Source: Octopus bimaculoides (Eukaryota). Taken from it: DNA of 64,000 nucleotides. Under the pieces are notes generated by a model that did not search any database, had not been told where the DNA came from, and saw only the letters and a program-made list of their open reading frames with translations. This document shows, piece by piece, positions 25,996-39,428 of this stretch. Numbering within the stretch: the stretch's first letter is position 1; each line of letters opens with the position of its first letter. Location of the stretch: the NCBI RefSeq assembly GCF_001194135.2, contig NC_068981.1:134389292-134453291 (forward strand). The letters run 5' to 3'. The position numbers and the translations under genes are program-made.

Positions 25996-26364
25996 ATATN
26001 NNNNNNNNNNNNNNNNNNNNNNNNNNNNNNNNNNNNNNTATATATATATATATTCATTCTGTCATACTGTATATTATTAAACAAAGCACCAACTGTTTAT
26101 TACTTGAACTTATTGTTACTTAAGCTAGATTTTAATCACAAGTATTTATATTATTTAAAATATATGTGATATCTATTAACTTGTTCTGTATCATGTTATT
26201 TAATGGACAGCAGCATAAAAAAATGCATTGAATGAACAATTAACTTTTCCTGAAATAACCACAGTTTTCAAGTTGTTTTATAAAATGACCACACAGAGAT
26301 CAGAAGACTGTTAATTTAATCTGTGTTTTTCTTTGTATTACATTTTGATGGGTTTATTTAATGG

Positions 26365-26800
26365 GCAGCACCATAGTTGCATGGTTAAGAAATTAGTTTA
26401 CCATCCATATGGCTTTTAGTTCAGTCCCACTGCATGGGACATAGCACCTTGAGCTAGTGATTTGGGTCAACCTAGGCCTTGTGACTAGATTTGATCGATG
26501 AAAACTGAAAGTAATCCATCGTGTGTGCATGCATATGTGTATTTTTTGTGTCTCTTTGTTTTGACATTGTGTGATACTTGTCAACAAATGTCATCATCAT
26601 AAAAACAGTGTATTTTATTTGCAATCTTCTGTGAAAACATGTCCTGCTGTTGTACTGTTCATGTTTGAAGCGCTAGCAGATATATTACTTTACTTCAAAA
26701 CAGATGAGTGCTGGCAACAGAAAAGGTGTCCAGTCATAGAAAATCTGCCTTAAGCAATTGCATTTGGTCAATGGTATAGAAAAGTGTTTAATGATAATGC
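26365..26800 (+). mobile_element. Older full-length tRNA-derived SINE
   Basis: atggttaagaaatt..ttcagtcccactgca head; gaaaactgaaag core; degenerate RTE-like tail. Confidence 0.6.
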
Positions 26801-26874
26801 ACCTTATTTTCTGTATCAGAAGATGGATATGTTCCAATCCCATAAGATTATGAGTTTGAATGAATCCTAGTTCA

Positions 26875-26922
<48 letters not shown>

Positions 26923-28013
26923 TAACTAAATTACAACAGGTATATAGCCCATTTTTTTTTTATTATAGTGCATTGTTGTACCATTCAAAACTTTTTATTT
27001 TTTATATATATATATGGGGTAGAGTGTACAAAGACAGCACCTGAACATGGTCTGACAATGTACAAGTTTAAACCTGTGTAGTTAGAAATATGATAGATAA
27101 GGACTCTGAAAACATTTACCAAGAATTTGTCCTTAGAACTATGGTAGATTTTATTGTAGAGTTGCATAAATATACATTAATTAACCTTGTTTTTTTGTGT
27201 TTCTATCTCTATTGGTGTTGGCTAGCATATTTTCTCAAAATCAGTGAGTACTGCATTCCTTGGATCAGGTTTGGACTCATACACATTCATTTGAATAACT
27301 AGGATTTCAGCACTGCTACTCACTACAACATCCAGTCCTTTTTTATTGGTAAATTCTCTGTCACTTTAATTTCCTTATCATTCATGCTCTGGTTGGAAGT
27401 GTGGTACTGAAGTAGAAAAAATAAAACTTCAAGCTTTATTCTAATAGCTTCTTCCCTCAAACTGCTGCTCTCTGGAACTAATTATTAACGTTATGTTTTC
27501 CTCTCAGTTATTCATCAGCTTATAAATTTCTAGGTCCCCATCTTCTCTTCCTTTGTAGTCCTTTACACTGTAGTGGAACAAAAATGTTAAAAAAATAAAC
27601 CCATCTTTTTTAAATACACAAGAGATGTTTGTGTGTGTGTGTGGGTGTAAAAAATAATTAAGGTGGCTAGCAGTAATTTAAAACCAACAACGAAATAATT
27701 TACCATCACTAAGAGTGACAAGAGTGCAGTGAGCACCAGCATGTGCTTTTTGTGGTTAAGGAGTTTACGACTCCTATTTCTAGCAATGCTGGTGCTCACT
27801 ACATCCTCGCCACTTATATATATATACACACACAGGGCATCTAATGATGTTATGAAGATTGAATGTAGATAGTAACAAAAATGTGGAGTTTAATAGTGTG
27901 GAAAACTTAAACTGCTCTAAACTAATTTCTATAATGAAATAATCATTATCCTGTCTTGATTTGATTACTGCTTTCTTTCATTAATTAAGCCTTATTATTC
28001 TGGATGTGATACA

Positions 28014-28054
<41 letters not shown>

Positions 28055-28094
28055 CAGTTTATTGGGCTAACAATTATCCTCTACATAATCAGTT

Positions 28095-28510
28095 CACCAG
28101 CTAGAAATTGCAGTCACATCACATCCTACTGGCATAAATATGACAGTGGTTTTGGGTTTGGTCCCGCTGCATGCCATCTTGGGCATGTGTCTTCTATGAT
28201 AGCCATGGACTGACCAATTCCTCATTAATGAATTTGGGTGATGCAAACTGTGTTTAAGCCCATTGCATATATATATGTGTGTGTGTGTGTGTGTATGTCT
28301 ATGTGCACACTTCTTAGTGTTTGTCTCATTGCATGAAAGCCAGTGATGGTATGTTAATGTCTCCATAACTTAGTGATTCAACAAAAAGAGGTCAATCGAA
28401 TAAGTATCAGGCTTAAAAATAAGTACTGGAATTGGTTTACTTGACTGAACCTTCCAAGACCTTGTCCTTGCATGGTTTCAGTCCAGTGACCGAAACACAA
28501 AATAATAGAA
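28095..28510. mobile_element. Two SINE fragments back to back (head on -, 3' half on +)
   Basis: Match to the head and 3' half of the SINE at 53141. Confidence 0.55.
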
Positions 28511-28657
28511 AATACTATTTCAAAAAATTGAGGACACACAGGATAATATTGTCGTAGATGCACTAGGATTAGACAATAAAAAATAACAAAAACAGAAAAG
28601 ATGGTCAGGGTTGGAATGCATTTAAAAATTATTTTATTGTATTGTATTGGTGTAAGT

Positions 28658-29031
28658 GGAGGCGCACTGGCCCAGTGGTTAGGGCAACGGACTCGCGGTC
28701 ATAGGACCGCGCTTTCGATTCCCAGACCGGGCGTTGTGAGTGTTTATTGAGCGAAAACACTTAAAGCTCCATGAGGCTCCGGCAGGGGATGGTGGTGAAC
28801 CCTGCTGTACTCTTTCACTACAACTTTCTCACTCTTACTTCCTGTTTCTGTTGTGCCTGTAATTCAAAGGGTGAGCCTTGTCACACTGTGTCATGCTGAA
28901 TATCCCCAAGAACTACGTTAAGGGTACACGTGTCTGTGGAGTGCTCAGCCACTTGCACGTTAATTTCACGAGCAGGCTGTTCTGTTGATCAGATCAACTG
29001 AAACCCTCGACATCGTAAGTAACGGAGTGCC
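28658..29031 (+). mobile_element. Complete tRNA-Arg-like SINE (octopus OR-type by inference) with target-site duplication
   Basis: Head ggaggcgcactggcccagtggttagggcaacggactcgcggtcatagg..ttcgattccc. TSD attggtgtaagt (28646-57) / attggagtaagt (29034-45). Confidence 0.85.
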
Positions 29032-29759
29032 CGATTGGAGTAAGTGGCTGTATCCATGGCCTTGCAGACTGTCTGAGGTAAGACTGACATAGTTAACATT
29101 TTGTAACTTACTGGTTCTGCAAAAGGGACTGGTAGAATAAGCACCAGGCTTTAGGAAGAAAAAGTAAGTACTAGGGTCAATTCATTTGACTAAAATTCTT
29201 CAAGGTGGTGCCCCAGCATGGCTGCAGTCAGAGTAAAATGAGTAAAAAGAAAAATTTCTTTTGAACAGTTGAAAGTAAGTGGTTACAGGAAAAACATGTG
29301 CAGGCAGGGAATTTGGTAACTACTATGCCATTAAGCAAGCAGTGGGTATAGAGCAATGTTTCTCAATCACTTTTTCCCCATACTCCACTTTGCTTTTTAA
29401 AAAAATCTCACTCTTTCTCTCCATGAATGAACAAAGTTAGTATACATTAATCCCTCAATTATAGCAGGTATTTTACATTCTAAAACACCTGCGATAAGTG
29501 AAAATGCACAAAGTAGAAACAGTACTGTACTGTATATTTTTTATTATTATTTTTATGATATGTCGTCGTCGTCGTTTAACGTCCGCTTTCCATGCTACCA
29601 TGGGTTGGGCGATTTGACTGAGGACTGGTGACCATTAATGTATAACATAAGATTGAAACCTTATTGCATGTTATATTTATTTGTTGTTTACTTATGCTCC
29701 AATTTTGAAGTCACATATCTCACCAAAATACTTCCACCGCCTCCAGTGAGGCATGCACT

Positions 29760-30450
29760 CCATCTTGAGAAAAAGTGGTGTAAAATCAGATCAGGGCTTG
29801 GAGAGAGGGTTGTAATATGAATGATGAGAGGTGGTATTGTAAGATCTTCTAATGCTGAAGAGCAGAGGCCAGTATAGTATCTTCATAAAAAGCAGCGAGA
29901 GAAGACAATTCGTCTGTGGGACAGTGAGTTGGTGATAAATTTCATGCTGACATCCTGAATAACAAGAGGCTATTTATAACCCAATCGTTGAATATTGTTT
30001 GAGAAGAAATCCATTTCAGTTGCTTAGACATTAAGATGTAATATTGATGGCATCAGTTTCACCAGTCTGAGAGGGCCTGCAAGGGTCATGGGCTCTGTCC
30101 CTTCCTTCAGATTCAGCAAGTTAAAAAATATATATAAGAATGATTGAATCAGATCCATAGGCTAAAGGTGAGCTGCAGGAACCAATGTGTCCGAATAGCA
30201 TCAAATAACTGGAAATGAGACAAGTGATATGTATATATATATATGATGGAGATTGGAGATGTAAGTGTAGAGTTGTTATTGCATTTTGTATTTGAGGTTC
30301 CTCCAACACTTAAACATTTGCCATTAAAGTCAGATCTTTTCCTGAATGGGAAACTGTAGATGATTCTTAATAGATCATCATTGTTAGCAGCAAATTTACC
30401 ATAATTTCCCAAAGGTCTGATTTTCCATCACTTCACTTTGAACTGTTTAC
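29760..30450 (-). pseudogene. L2/CR1-group LINE C-terminal relic
   Basis: ..HRRIVFSRCFL*RYYTGLCSSALEDL.. on the minus strand; many stops. Confidence 0.5.
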
Positions 30451-30714
30451 AAATAACTGAAAGAATTTGATTGGTTGCTAATCAACTGTCAGACAGAGAA
30501 ATTTATTTCAGATTGGAAAACCCTAAGAGACAAGTTTGGAACTATTGGAGCTAAGTAGTCTTAGCTTTAAATACAGGAAACTTAACTTCCTAGAAGGAAA
30601 TTTAGTGCCACAGATCATGTACACATTAGCTATAAGCATTTGAACTTCACATCTTACAACACCATCTTAATAAAACAAATTCAGGATAATAGCTGTCATA
30701 CAAAGAATACATTC

Positions 30715-30745
<31 letters not shown>

Positions 30746-30800
30746 ATTATTGAGGTTTTGTACTAATAAATGATATCAAAGAAAAATTTTAAAACATTTC

Positions 30801-30803
30801 TTT

Positions 30804-30851
<48 letters not shown>
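30801..30851. repeat. (CT)n microsatellite
   Basis: Direct observation. Confidence 0.95.
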
Positions 30852-30855
<4 letters not shown>

Positions 30856-31109
30856 CTGTTATCTCTGTTCTTGCCTCTTTTTTTATTCTCAAATAGTTTT
30901 ATTGAACTAGAATTAACCTTTCTCACTAAATGTCAGACCAACAATAGACTACAGAAACTGTCTCCTGCTGCTTTTTAAGTATAGCAAAAAAAAAAAAAAA
31001 AAATAAAAGAATAAATAAATGCATTTTTTAGCAGTTAACATCTATGAACATAATGGAAAGATAAACAGATTTCTACTAGTGATGTTGTCGTTATCGTCAT
31101 TGTCATCGT

Positions 31110-31560
31110 TGTCCATCATCATCATTTAACATCCACTTTTCCATGCTCACATGGGTCAGATGGATTTTGCTGAGACAGATTTTCTATGGCCAGATGCTGT
31201 TCCTGTCACCAACTGTCACCTGTTTCCAAGTAAGGTGATATTTCCCATGACCAGACATATCTTCATGACATTGGCAGCAAAGGACACCATTTACCTGACA
31301 ATGGCATTCGCTTTAGACTGTGAAGGCAAGATAGAAGTAACACATACTTGCGTGTGCATGCATGCACACACACACACACACACACTACAGAGGATGGTTT
31401 TTTTCTGTTTCTGTCTACTAAATCCCCTCACAAAACTTTGCTCAACTTGGGACTCTGATAGTAGACATTTGCCCAAGATGTCACACAGTGGGGCTGAACC
31501 CTAAACCATGTGATTGGGAGGTAAATTCCTTACCACACAAACACATCTGTACTTATACAC
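31110..31560 (-). mobile_element. Full-length SINE with RTE-like tail
   Basis: catcatcatttaacatccacttttccatgc tail, CA repeat, head ..cacagtggggctgaaccctaaaccatgtg. Confidence 0.7.
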
Positions 31561-32321
31561 AGCATGCTCCAGCCTGACCACAACTGCATGGCTGAAGTGA
31601 GTGAAAGAATAAGGTTATTATTGGTCCTGTTTTGGCAGTGAAACTCCAACCCTCTCTCATTGCTCAAACATTGCTTCTTTATCTTTGTTCTATAAAAACT
31701 TCCATGGTCATTCTTCTCTTGAACCTCCTCTTAAGGTTACTAATTAAGTAATTTGTCTGCTTTTCTTATTGTCTTCATTTCACTGTTGTCCTCTCCTCTA
31801 AGATGTGTTCTAATTTTAGTCTTGAAGAACTCTGTTCTTGTTTACAAAATAGATATGATGTTAGTTCTTTTAATAGCTTGCATAAATCATTTTATGATTC
31901 TTAAGGCAGCTTCTTATTGTATTAAAAAAAATTTTTAATAACATATTTTCTTTTGTAATTCTTCACATTCTGAGTATTTGTTGGATGCTTGTTCTATTGC
32001 TGGTCACTTGCCGTATTATTGGAAGTGACTTCCAGTAAAAAAAAAAAGGAAAAAAAAGCAAAAACTGATTTCTGCTGTTGTATTCCAAATTGAAGCATTT
32101 ATATACTGACCTTTGATGACAATGATATAACATGGAATATTATGTTACAAGTTCCAGTTAAAATAATAGCTGCAAATATATTAAAAAAATGTGAAAAAAT
32201 ACCACTCACATGCTATAATTGTCAGCTGAAAAGCTAATAAGCTTTCCAAGCTCTATGTAAGCTATTCAAAGGAGATTTCTCACATATTTTTTAAGACATA
32301 AATATATATGTATGTACGTAC

Positions 32322-32357
<36 letters not shown>

Positions 32358-32849
32358 TATCACACTAGATAAACTATGGTTTTGTTGAGTACAGGTTTAC
32401 AATAGGCCAGTCACTAATTCACAGCATATCAGATAGCAAGTATTTGTAATTCAATACAGAAAATGTATCAGACATTTTGTTTGAAGCACTTTTTTGTTGT
32501 CTTGTTGATGTTTATATTCTTTATAATTTTATGATTCTTAAGGCAGCTTAACTGAATAAAAGATATAGTTGAAAATATATTCCTTTCTTTTTTAATTTTT
32601 TAAATTTATAACATAAATCTATTTCAATTTGGTTGTCACCAGTATAACAAAGATACACTTCGGTTGAGTTAAGAGATGGTTGAGCAAGAAGTTTATGTGA
32701 AGCTCCAAAGACAAAATATTTGCAATTATCAAAACAAAGTGCTGTTACAGTGAACAACAGAAAAGAATATATTGAAGCCAGGTAAAATAATTTCAGTAGT
32801 TCATGTGAGATGTTGTGTCCTAACAAGGACAGTAGCTGTGAGTGGTGTA

Positions 32850-33060
32850 GATTCTAGCAAACTGGCCGTATCCAGCCAGAATATTCCATTTGTTTTATGT
32901 TCAAACTGACCAAATCCAGGCTGTCACATCAACCCTACAATATTATTCTACTTTAAATAATCAGAATATTAAGGATGTGAGAGAATGCATGATTAATTCA
33001 AAACAATGTGAATCAACAGGCATTACATTTGATAGAATAACTTGAATACTAAAGGTTTAA
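32850..33060 (-). mobile_element. piggyBac-like MITE (decayed)
   Basis: Homologous to 24610-24825; ends gaatactaaaggt|ttaa. Confidence 0.6.
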
Positions 33061-33189
33061 GCCGTGCCAATACTACTAACAGTGTCATTGTCATTGTGGT
33101 TCATAGCCAATTTTGAGTGCCATAAATTCCTGCAGCCAGTGGTCTTGGCTACAAGAATTTACTGGCTAACGATGATGAAGTTGATGATT

Positions 33190-34310
33190 ATGATATTTCC
33201 CATTACACTTTCAGAGTGGTTGGCATTATGAAGGGCATCCAGTTGTAGAGAACCATATCAAATCAGACTGAAGCCTGGGGCAGCCTTCCACTTTGCCAGT
33301 CCAGTCAAACTGTTCAACCTATGCCAGCATGGACAATGGATTTTAAATGATGGTGGTGGTGGTGGTGTGGTGTGTGTGTTTCAAGTTTTTTCTGATTACT
33401 GATTATTAAAATGCTTGGTTCTTTCCTCGAATGTTAATTTTCTTCTGAAAAAAAAAAAAGAAAATAGTAATAAATATTTCTTTCCCTTTGAAAAATAAAT
33501 GACTAAAAAGTAAATCATTGTAAAATAGTCATCAGCAAAATATGTCAACCATGAAACACATACGTCAAACTATTTTCCAAGACAAATGACAACTCATTTA
33601 TAAACTGTGAAATTATCAATCAATATGCATTAAAAAAAATATCTATTGATCGTTTGCAGCTTATTTTAAGGGTAAGGAATATGCTCAGCATAAAAATTTT
33701 AATTTTTTAATGTGTCACTATTATCATCATCATCATCATCTTCTAATGTCCATTTTCCATGCTGGCATGGGTTGGACAGTTTGATAGGAACTGCCAAGCC
33801 AGAGAGTTGCTCTAGACGCCAATTGTCTGTCCTGGCATGGTTTCTATGGCTAGATGCCCTTCCTAATGCAAACCACTCAAGAGTGTACAGGGTGCTTTTA
33901 CATGGCACCAGCACAGGTGCTTTTTATGTGACACCGGCATTGGTGCTTCTTATGTGGCACTAGCATGGGTGTATGTATGTGTGTATAATCATCACCATCA
34001 TTTAATGTCCACCTTTCATGCTAGCATGAGTGGGACAATTACACAAGAGCCAGCCAGGTAGAAACCTGCACCAGACTTCTGTGACTGTTTTGACAGGATT
34101 TTTACAGCTGGATGCCCTTATAATATATATATATATATATATATACTCTTTTACTTGTTTCAGTCATTTGACTGTGGCTATGCTGGAGCACTGCCTTTTA
34201 GTCGAGCAAATCGACCCCAGGACTTATTCTTTGTAAGCCTAGTACTTATTCTATCGGTCACTTTTGCTGAACCACTAAGTTACGGGGATGTAAACACACC
34301 AGCATCGGTN
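33190..34310. mobile_element. Cluster of RTE 3'-end fragments (33190-33360 +, 33720-33965 -, 33990-34115 -) and a young SINE 3' half (34140-34310 -)
   Basis: ggaagggcatccagc and ccatgctggcatggg motifs; the SINE half is the reverse complement of 53350-53530. Confidence 0.7.
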
Positions 34311-34628
34311 NNNNNNNNNNNNNNNNNNNNNNNNNNNNNNNNNNNNNNNNNNNNNNNNNNNNNNNNNNNNNNNNNNNNNNNNNNNNNNNNNNNNNNNNNN
34401 NNNNNNNNNNNNNNNNNNNNNNNNNNNNNNNNNNNNNNNNNNNNNNNNNNNNNNNNNNNNNNNNNNNNNNNNNNNNNNNNNNNNNNNNNNNNNNNNNNNN
34501 NNNNNNNNNNNNNNNNNNNNNNNNNNNNNNNNNNNNNNNNNNNNNNNNNNNNNNNNNNNNNNNNNNNNNNNNNNNNNNNNNNNNNNNNNNNNNNNNNNNN
34601 NNNNNNNNNNNNNNNNNNNNNNNNNNNN

Positions 34629-35090
34629 GACTACTAACCGAGACCTTTGGAAATGTGCTGTGCGTGAGAAGACCCGGCAAGCCAAGTGAGATCATTGCCA
34701 GTGCCCCTGGACTGGCTCTTGTGCAGGTGGCACATAAGATGCACCATTTTGAGCGTGGCCTTTGCCAGTACCACCTGACTGGCCTTCGTAAGATTTTCGA
34801 GCGAGATTGTTGCCAGTGCCCCTAGACTGGCTCTTGTGCAGGTAGCACATAAAAGACACCATTTTGAGTGTGGCCGTTGCCAGTACCGCCTGACTGGCCT
34901 TCGTGCGGGTGACACGTAAAAGCACCCACTACACTCTCTGAGTGGTTGGCGTTAGGAAGGGCATCCAGCTGGAGAAACTCTGCCAAATTAGATTGGAGCC
35001 TGGTGTTGCCATCCGGTTTCACCAGTCCTCAGTCAAATCGTCCAACCCATGCTAGCATGGAAAGCGGACGTTAAACGATGATGATGATAT
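34629..35090 (+). mobile_element. Young RTE LINE 3' end (ORF end, hairpin-array 3'UTR, (GAT)n tail)
   Basis: TTNRDLWKCAVREKTRQAK* (stop 34687-89); tail ..ggaaagcggacgttaaacgatgatgat; 5' part in gap. Confidence 0.9.
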
Positions 35091-35109
35091 ATATATATAT
35101 ACATATATA

Positions 35110-35262
35110 TGACAGGCTTCTTTCAGTTTCCGTCTACCAAATCCACTCACAAGGCTTTGGTCGGCCCGAGGCTATAGTAGAAGACACTTGCCCAAGGTGC
35201 CACGCAGTGGGACCGAACCCAGGACCATGTGGTTTGTAAGCAAGCTACTTACCACACAGCCA
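35110..35262 (-). mobile_element. Young SINE head, cut off at the mariner TIR
   Basis: Reverse complement of 53141-53290. Confidence 0.85.
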
Positions 35263-36502
35263 TTAGGTCATCCCATAAGTTCTGTCCAATTTTATCTTTT
35301 TTAAAATTGAATGAAATTTAATAGTATTTTAGAATCTAATGGAATTAAAAATTATTTTTATGCATTTGTGTACATTTAAACTAATTAAATATTATTTTAC
35401 AGGATAATAGAATTAAAATTTCTTTGATTAAAACCCTTTCTAACATGGAAGTATCCAAAGAGCATTTGAGGCACATAATGCTTTATGAGTACAAAAAAGG
35501 AAACTTTGCAGCCAAAGCGACTCAAAACATACACTTAGTTTATTTGAAAGAATGCTTGAATGAAAGAACTTGCAGAAGATGGTTTGCAAAATTCAGAAGT
35601 CAAGATTTCAGCCTTGAAGATGAAGATTGAACAGGACGTCCAGTTGAGCTTGATGATAAGCTCCTTGAGGCATTACTTGAAGAAAATCCTGCATTACCAG
35701 TTGAAGAATTGGTAATAAAGCTTAGTTCAAACCATACAACTGTTCATCATCATCTTCAACAACTTGGAAAGGTTCCTAAACTTGCAAAATGGGTGCCTCA
35801 TGAATTGTCTGAACGCAGCCGCAAATCCTGAGTTGACATCTGCTCTTCTCTCCATTCTTTCGACCTCACTTCAGCCTTTTTGTATAGACTTGTGACTGGT
35901 GACGAAAAATGGATCTTCTATGGAAATGTTAAGCATCATAAACAGTAGCTTGGTAAATGGGAAAAAACTCAATCACAACCGAGAAGGGAACTTCATGGGA
36001 AAAAGGTTCTTCTCTTTATCTGGTGGGATTGCAAAAGAGTAATTCACTTTGAATTGTTACCACCGAATGCAACAATCAATGCTCAAGTCTATTGTCAGCA
36101 ATTAGAGTGTTTGAACCAAGCTTTGAAGAAAAAAACTTGCTTTAGTGAATCGAAAAGGAGTGATGTTTCATCAGGACAATGCGTAACCCCACACTTCAGA
36201 GGTCACATCACCGAAAATTGAAGAGCTTGGGTGGGAAAAAATTCCTCATCTACCTTATTCTCCTGACCTTGCTTCTTTGGACTACCATTTGTTTAATAGT
36301 TTACAGAATCATTTGGGGGACATAACTTTTGCAAGCCAGGAGGAGGTCAAAACTGACATTTCAGAGTTCTTCGCTTTGAAACCAAAAGAGGTTTACATTG
36401 ATGGGATTAAAAATCTTGCAAATAGATGGAAGGAAGTCATAGATAATCAGGGAAAGTACATTGATGATTAAATTTCAATTAAATATAACATTTGATCACT
36501 TG
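35263..36502 (+). mobile_element. Near-full-length mariner transposon (right TIR probably in gap)
   Basis: Left TIR ttaggtcatcccataagttctgtcc, followed by a transposase pseudogene. Confidence 0.9.
35445..36471 (+). pseudogene. Mariner D,D34D transposase pseudogene
   Basis: MEVSKEHLRHIMLYEYKKG..WVPHEL..VTGDEKW..HQDNA..HLPYSPDLASLDYHLF..; 34 residues between the 2nd and 3rd D; at least 4 in-frame stops and a frameshift. Confidence 0.92.
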
Positions 36503-36540
36503 NNNNNNNNNNNNNNNNNNNNNNNNNNNNNNNNNNNNNN

Positions 36541-36604
<64 letters not shown>

Positions 36605-38502
36605 TATGAGGGGATCATTAGACCAAATAGTTAAAAAAGTTCACTTCACAACCATGAGGTTTGGTGTTTTCCAAAATCTCAGGTTGATCTATGCCTTGTA
36701 AATCAAACTAGGTAGTCAGAGACAGTATGGAAGTCCATTGGATGGACTGTACACTGTGTCATTCTGATTCTGACTGTGTATTACATTAATGGTGCATGTG
36801 TGTGTAGAATACTCAGCCATTTATATGCTAACTCACTGTTCAAACAACTGAATCCCTATCATCAACCAATAGAGAACTATCTATACATCTGTACGTGCTT
36901 GTGTGTGTGTAAATGATTTAGATGTCAATAATTCTATTTAAAAAAGCTACACAATATTATACTTGCTTACATGCAATAGTGTTATTTAAAGAACAAAGAA
37001 TCTTTAGAGCTCATCCAATCCTTCAACGTTGTTGGTTTTTATCCCTCCAAAAGTGTAGTTTTTGATCTATCAAGAATTATTACTAATAGGCATTACAGGA
37101 TGAAGAATGAAGAACAGTAAATCACATTCTGTCAAAAGCTTATATAATTATATAGATTGAAATGGTTTGTTATGTAAAGAATATTTTCTTATGCACATAT
37201 CTGATTTTTCTTGTGCATATGTTGTGAGTATTAGGAGCATCAGAAGTATATATTCAAAATATTTATGCTGTTATAAATATTTATATGATCTCTTAACCAT
37301 CATAATTCTTTCTGGTTGTATGAGGGATGATTCTTTGAAGTGTTTGGTTTGGTTATAAGATGGACATTAAGTGCTCAAATTCATATTCCAACTATTCCTA
37401 CATATATCTTAATTTGCAGTAGCAACCAATTCATACTTAGTTGTATCAAAGATATTCTAGTTATGACCATCCTGTGTCACCCCCACCCCCCCACCTTTCA
37501 GACAGTGTACATTCAAGACTATGTTATACAACTCAGCCTTAGATATTATATTTTTTAAGACAGTAAGGTGAGATTTGAGGGAATTTAGCTACTATTTCTT
37601 GCAATACAAGTAATTATGTAGAGGGTCCCTTGCTTGCTTGTAGAAAAAGAAAAAGAATATTGTCATTGCTTTGTTAGGGAAGTAAGGTTGTACCAGTTAC
37701 ACTTTTTCAGGGCCTCCAAAACTGCTGGGAGAAGTAGGAGAAGTCATCCTTGGACAGCAAACCTCATTCAATTGCTGGCAAACACAGTGGACTCTCCAAA
37801 AGACACTGATGGCTGGACGGTGGTGTTAAACTGAGTAGTAGGCTTCCACAGAATCTCTATCTACCAAATTTCATTCACAAGGTCTTTGATTGGTCTGAAT
37901 CAAATGTAGGAAATACAGTAATATAATACTTTTATGTAGCTGTTTAATCTTGGTCTGATAATGTTGTAAAGATGTCTGGTATATTAAAGATAACTTAATA
38001 TAGATAGCTCAGTGTACTCTTTTAATAGGAAATGGACTCCTTTATTGTGAACAACATAAAAATTACATCTCATGAAATATCAAAGACCTTATCATATGAT
38101 TAATACTAACATGAAATAATAGAACATTTCATATTGTTCTTATAAGAATTACTGATTCATTTATGCTTTATTTTCCCCGATAAATTAACAGTAACATCAC
38201 TGAGTTTAACAATATAATATATCATTTCTATTCAGCTGTATTCGTCTTTATATCTTATAAATCCTTATATATTGATTGGATCTGTTTTACTTGGAATAAC
38301 TTTAGAATTAATCTCGGTGTGTGTAGTTTAGAGTGAAAAGATTTTTCTGTTTTCATAAAACAAGAAGCAAGTGACATTTTATATCGCTGGGATAAGAATA
38401 TTATTTCATATTTCATGGCACTAGTATTTATTTTGTGGCCCTTCATATCCCATGGTTCAGTAGATATCAGATTGAAATAAGAACTGGGGTTGATAGATAC
38501 AG

Positions 38503-38912
38503 ATATGGCAGTGTGTTTAAGAATCTCACTTTGCAACCACATGGTTTCAAGTTCAATCCCACTGCACGATACCTTGGGCAAGAGTTTTCAACTATAGCCC
38601 TGGGCTGACCAATACCTTGTGTATGAATTTGATAAACAAAAACTACGGGGAAACCTATCATGTGTGTGTGTCTGTGTATGTACGTGACTGTACATATGTT
38701 TTGTGTCTGTATTTGTCTCCCACAACCACTTGAAAACCAGTGTTGGTTTGTTTATGACCTCTTAACTTAATGGTTCAGTAAAAAAAGGTCAATACAATAA
38801 GTACCAAACTTGAAAAACAAGTACTGGGGTTGATTTGTTGGACTGAAACTCTTCAAGGTGGTGCCCTAGCATGGCTACAGTTCAATGACTGAAACAAGTA
38901 AAAGATAAAAGA
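38503..38912 (+). mobile_element. Full-length tRNA-derived SINE
   Basis: Collinear with 53141-53538, more diverged; ends aagtaaaagataaaaga. Confidence 0.75.
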
Positions 38913-39164
38913 ACTAAAGTTTTGAAGATTTCCCCCTCTGTGGTTCCTGTCTAATTATTGAAACCAGTAAAAGAGTAAAAGGATTGTACTCAATACTGAG
39001 TAAGTATCTTACACTGATAGCATAAAAATCACAAACATAATTATATAAATGTCTTTGTAATCATATTTTCCAAGTCACGTCTATTTGTGAGTGCACCATG
39101 CAGCAATTTCTGTTCATCTCTCATAGAGAGTCCACTTTCCTCACATCATCATCATCATCATCAA

Positions 39165-39428
39165 CTCCAGGGCATTACTGTCTCAAGTCCAAGGGCTCAT
39201 AGGGCCAGTTACCTGGTCTCCATGTTGTGTAAGTGACTGAGCTTACAACATTCCCCCTGACCAGGGTGCCAGTCTGTTGCAGGGTCACTCATTTACAGCT
39301 GAGTGAACTGAAGCTATGTGAAATGAAGTGTTTTGCTCAAGAACACCATGCACTGCCTGGTTTGGGAATTGAAACCACGATCTGAGGATCATGAGTGCAA
39401 CACCCTAATCACTAAGCCATACACTTTC
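39165..39428 (-). mobile_element. SINE of a further family
   Basis: ..acagctgagtgaactg..gaagtgttttgctcaagaacac..gaattgaaaccacgatc; related copy at 45290-45485. Confidence 0.6.

Noticed and set aside
28658-28730. tRNA gene
   Set aside because: tRNA-like A/B boxes continue into a SINE body with a TSD; no acceptor stem.
29349-29530. Possible hAT TIR (caatgtttctcaa) and Tigger-like fragment
   Set aside because: No partner TIR or TSD found; too decayed to call.
34690-34925. CRISPR-like look of regularly spaced palindromic repeats
   Set aside because: The spacers are themselves repeated and the array lies in an RTE 3'UTR of a eukaryotic genome; no cas genes.
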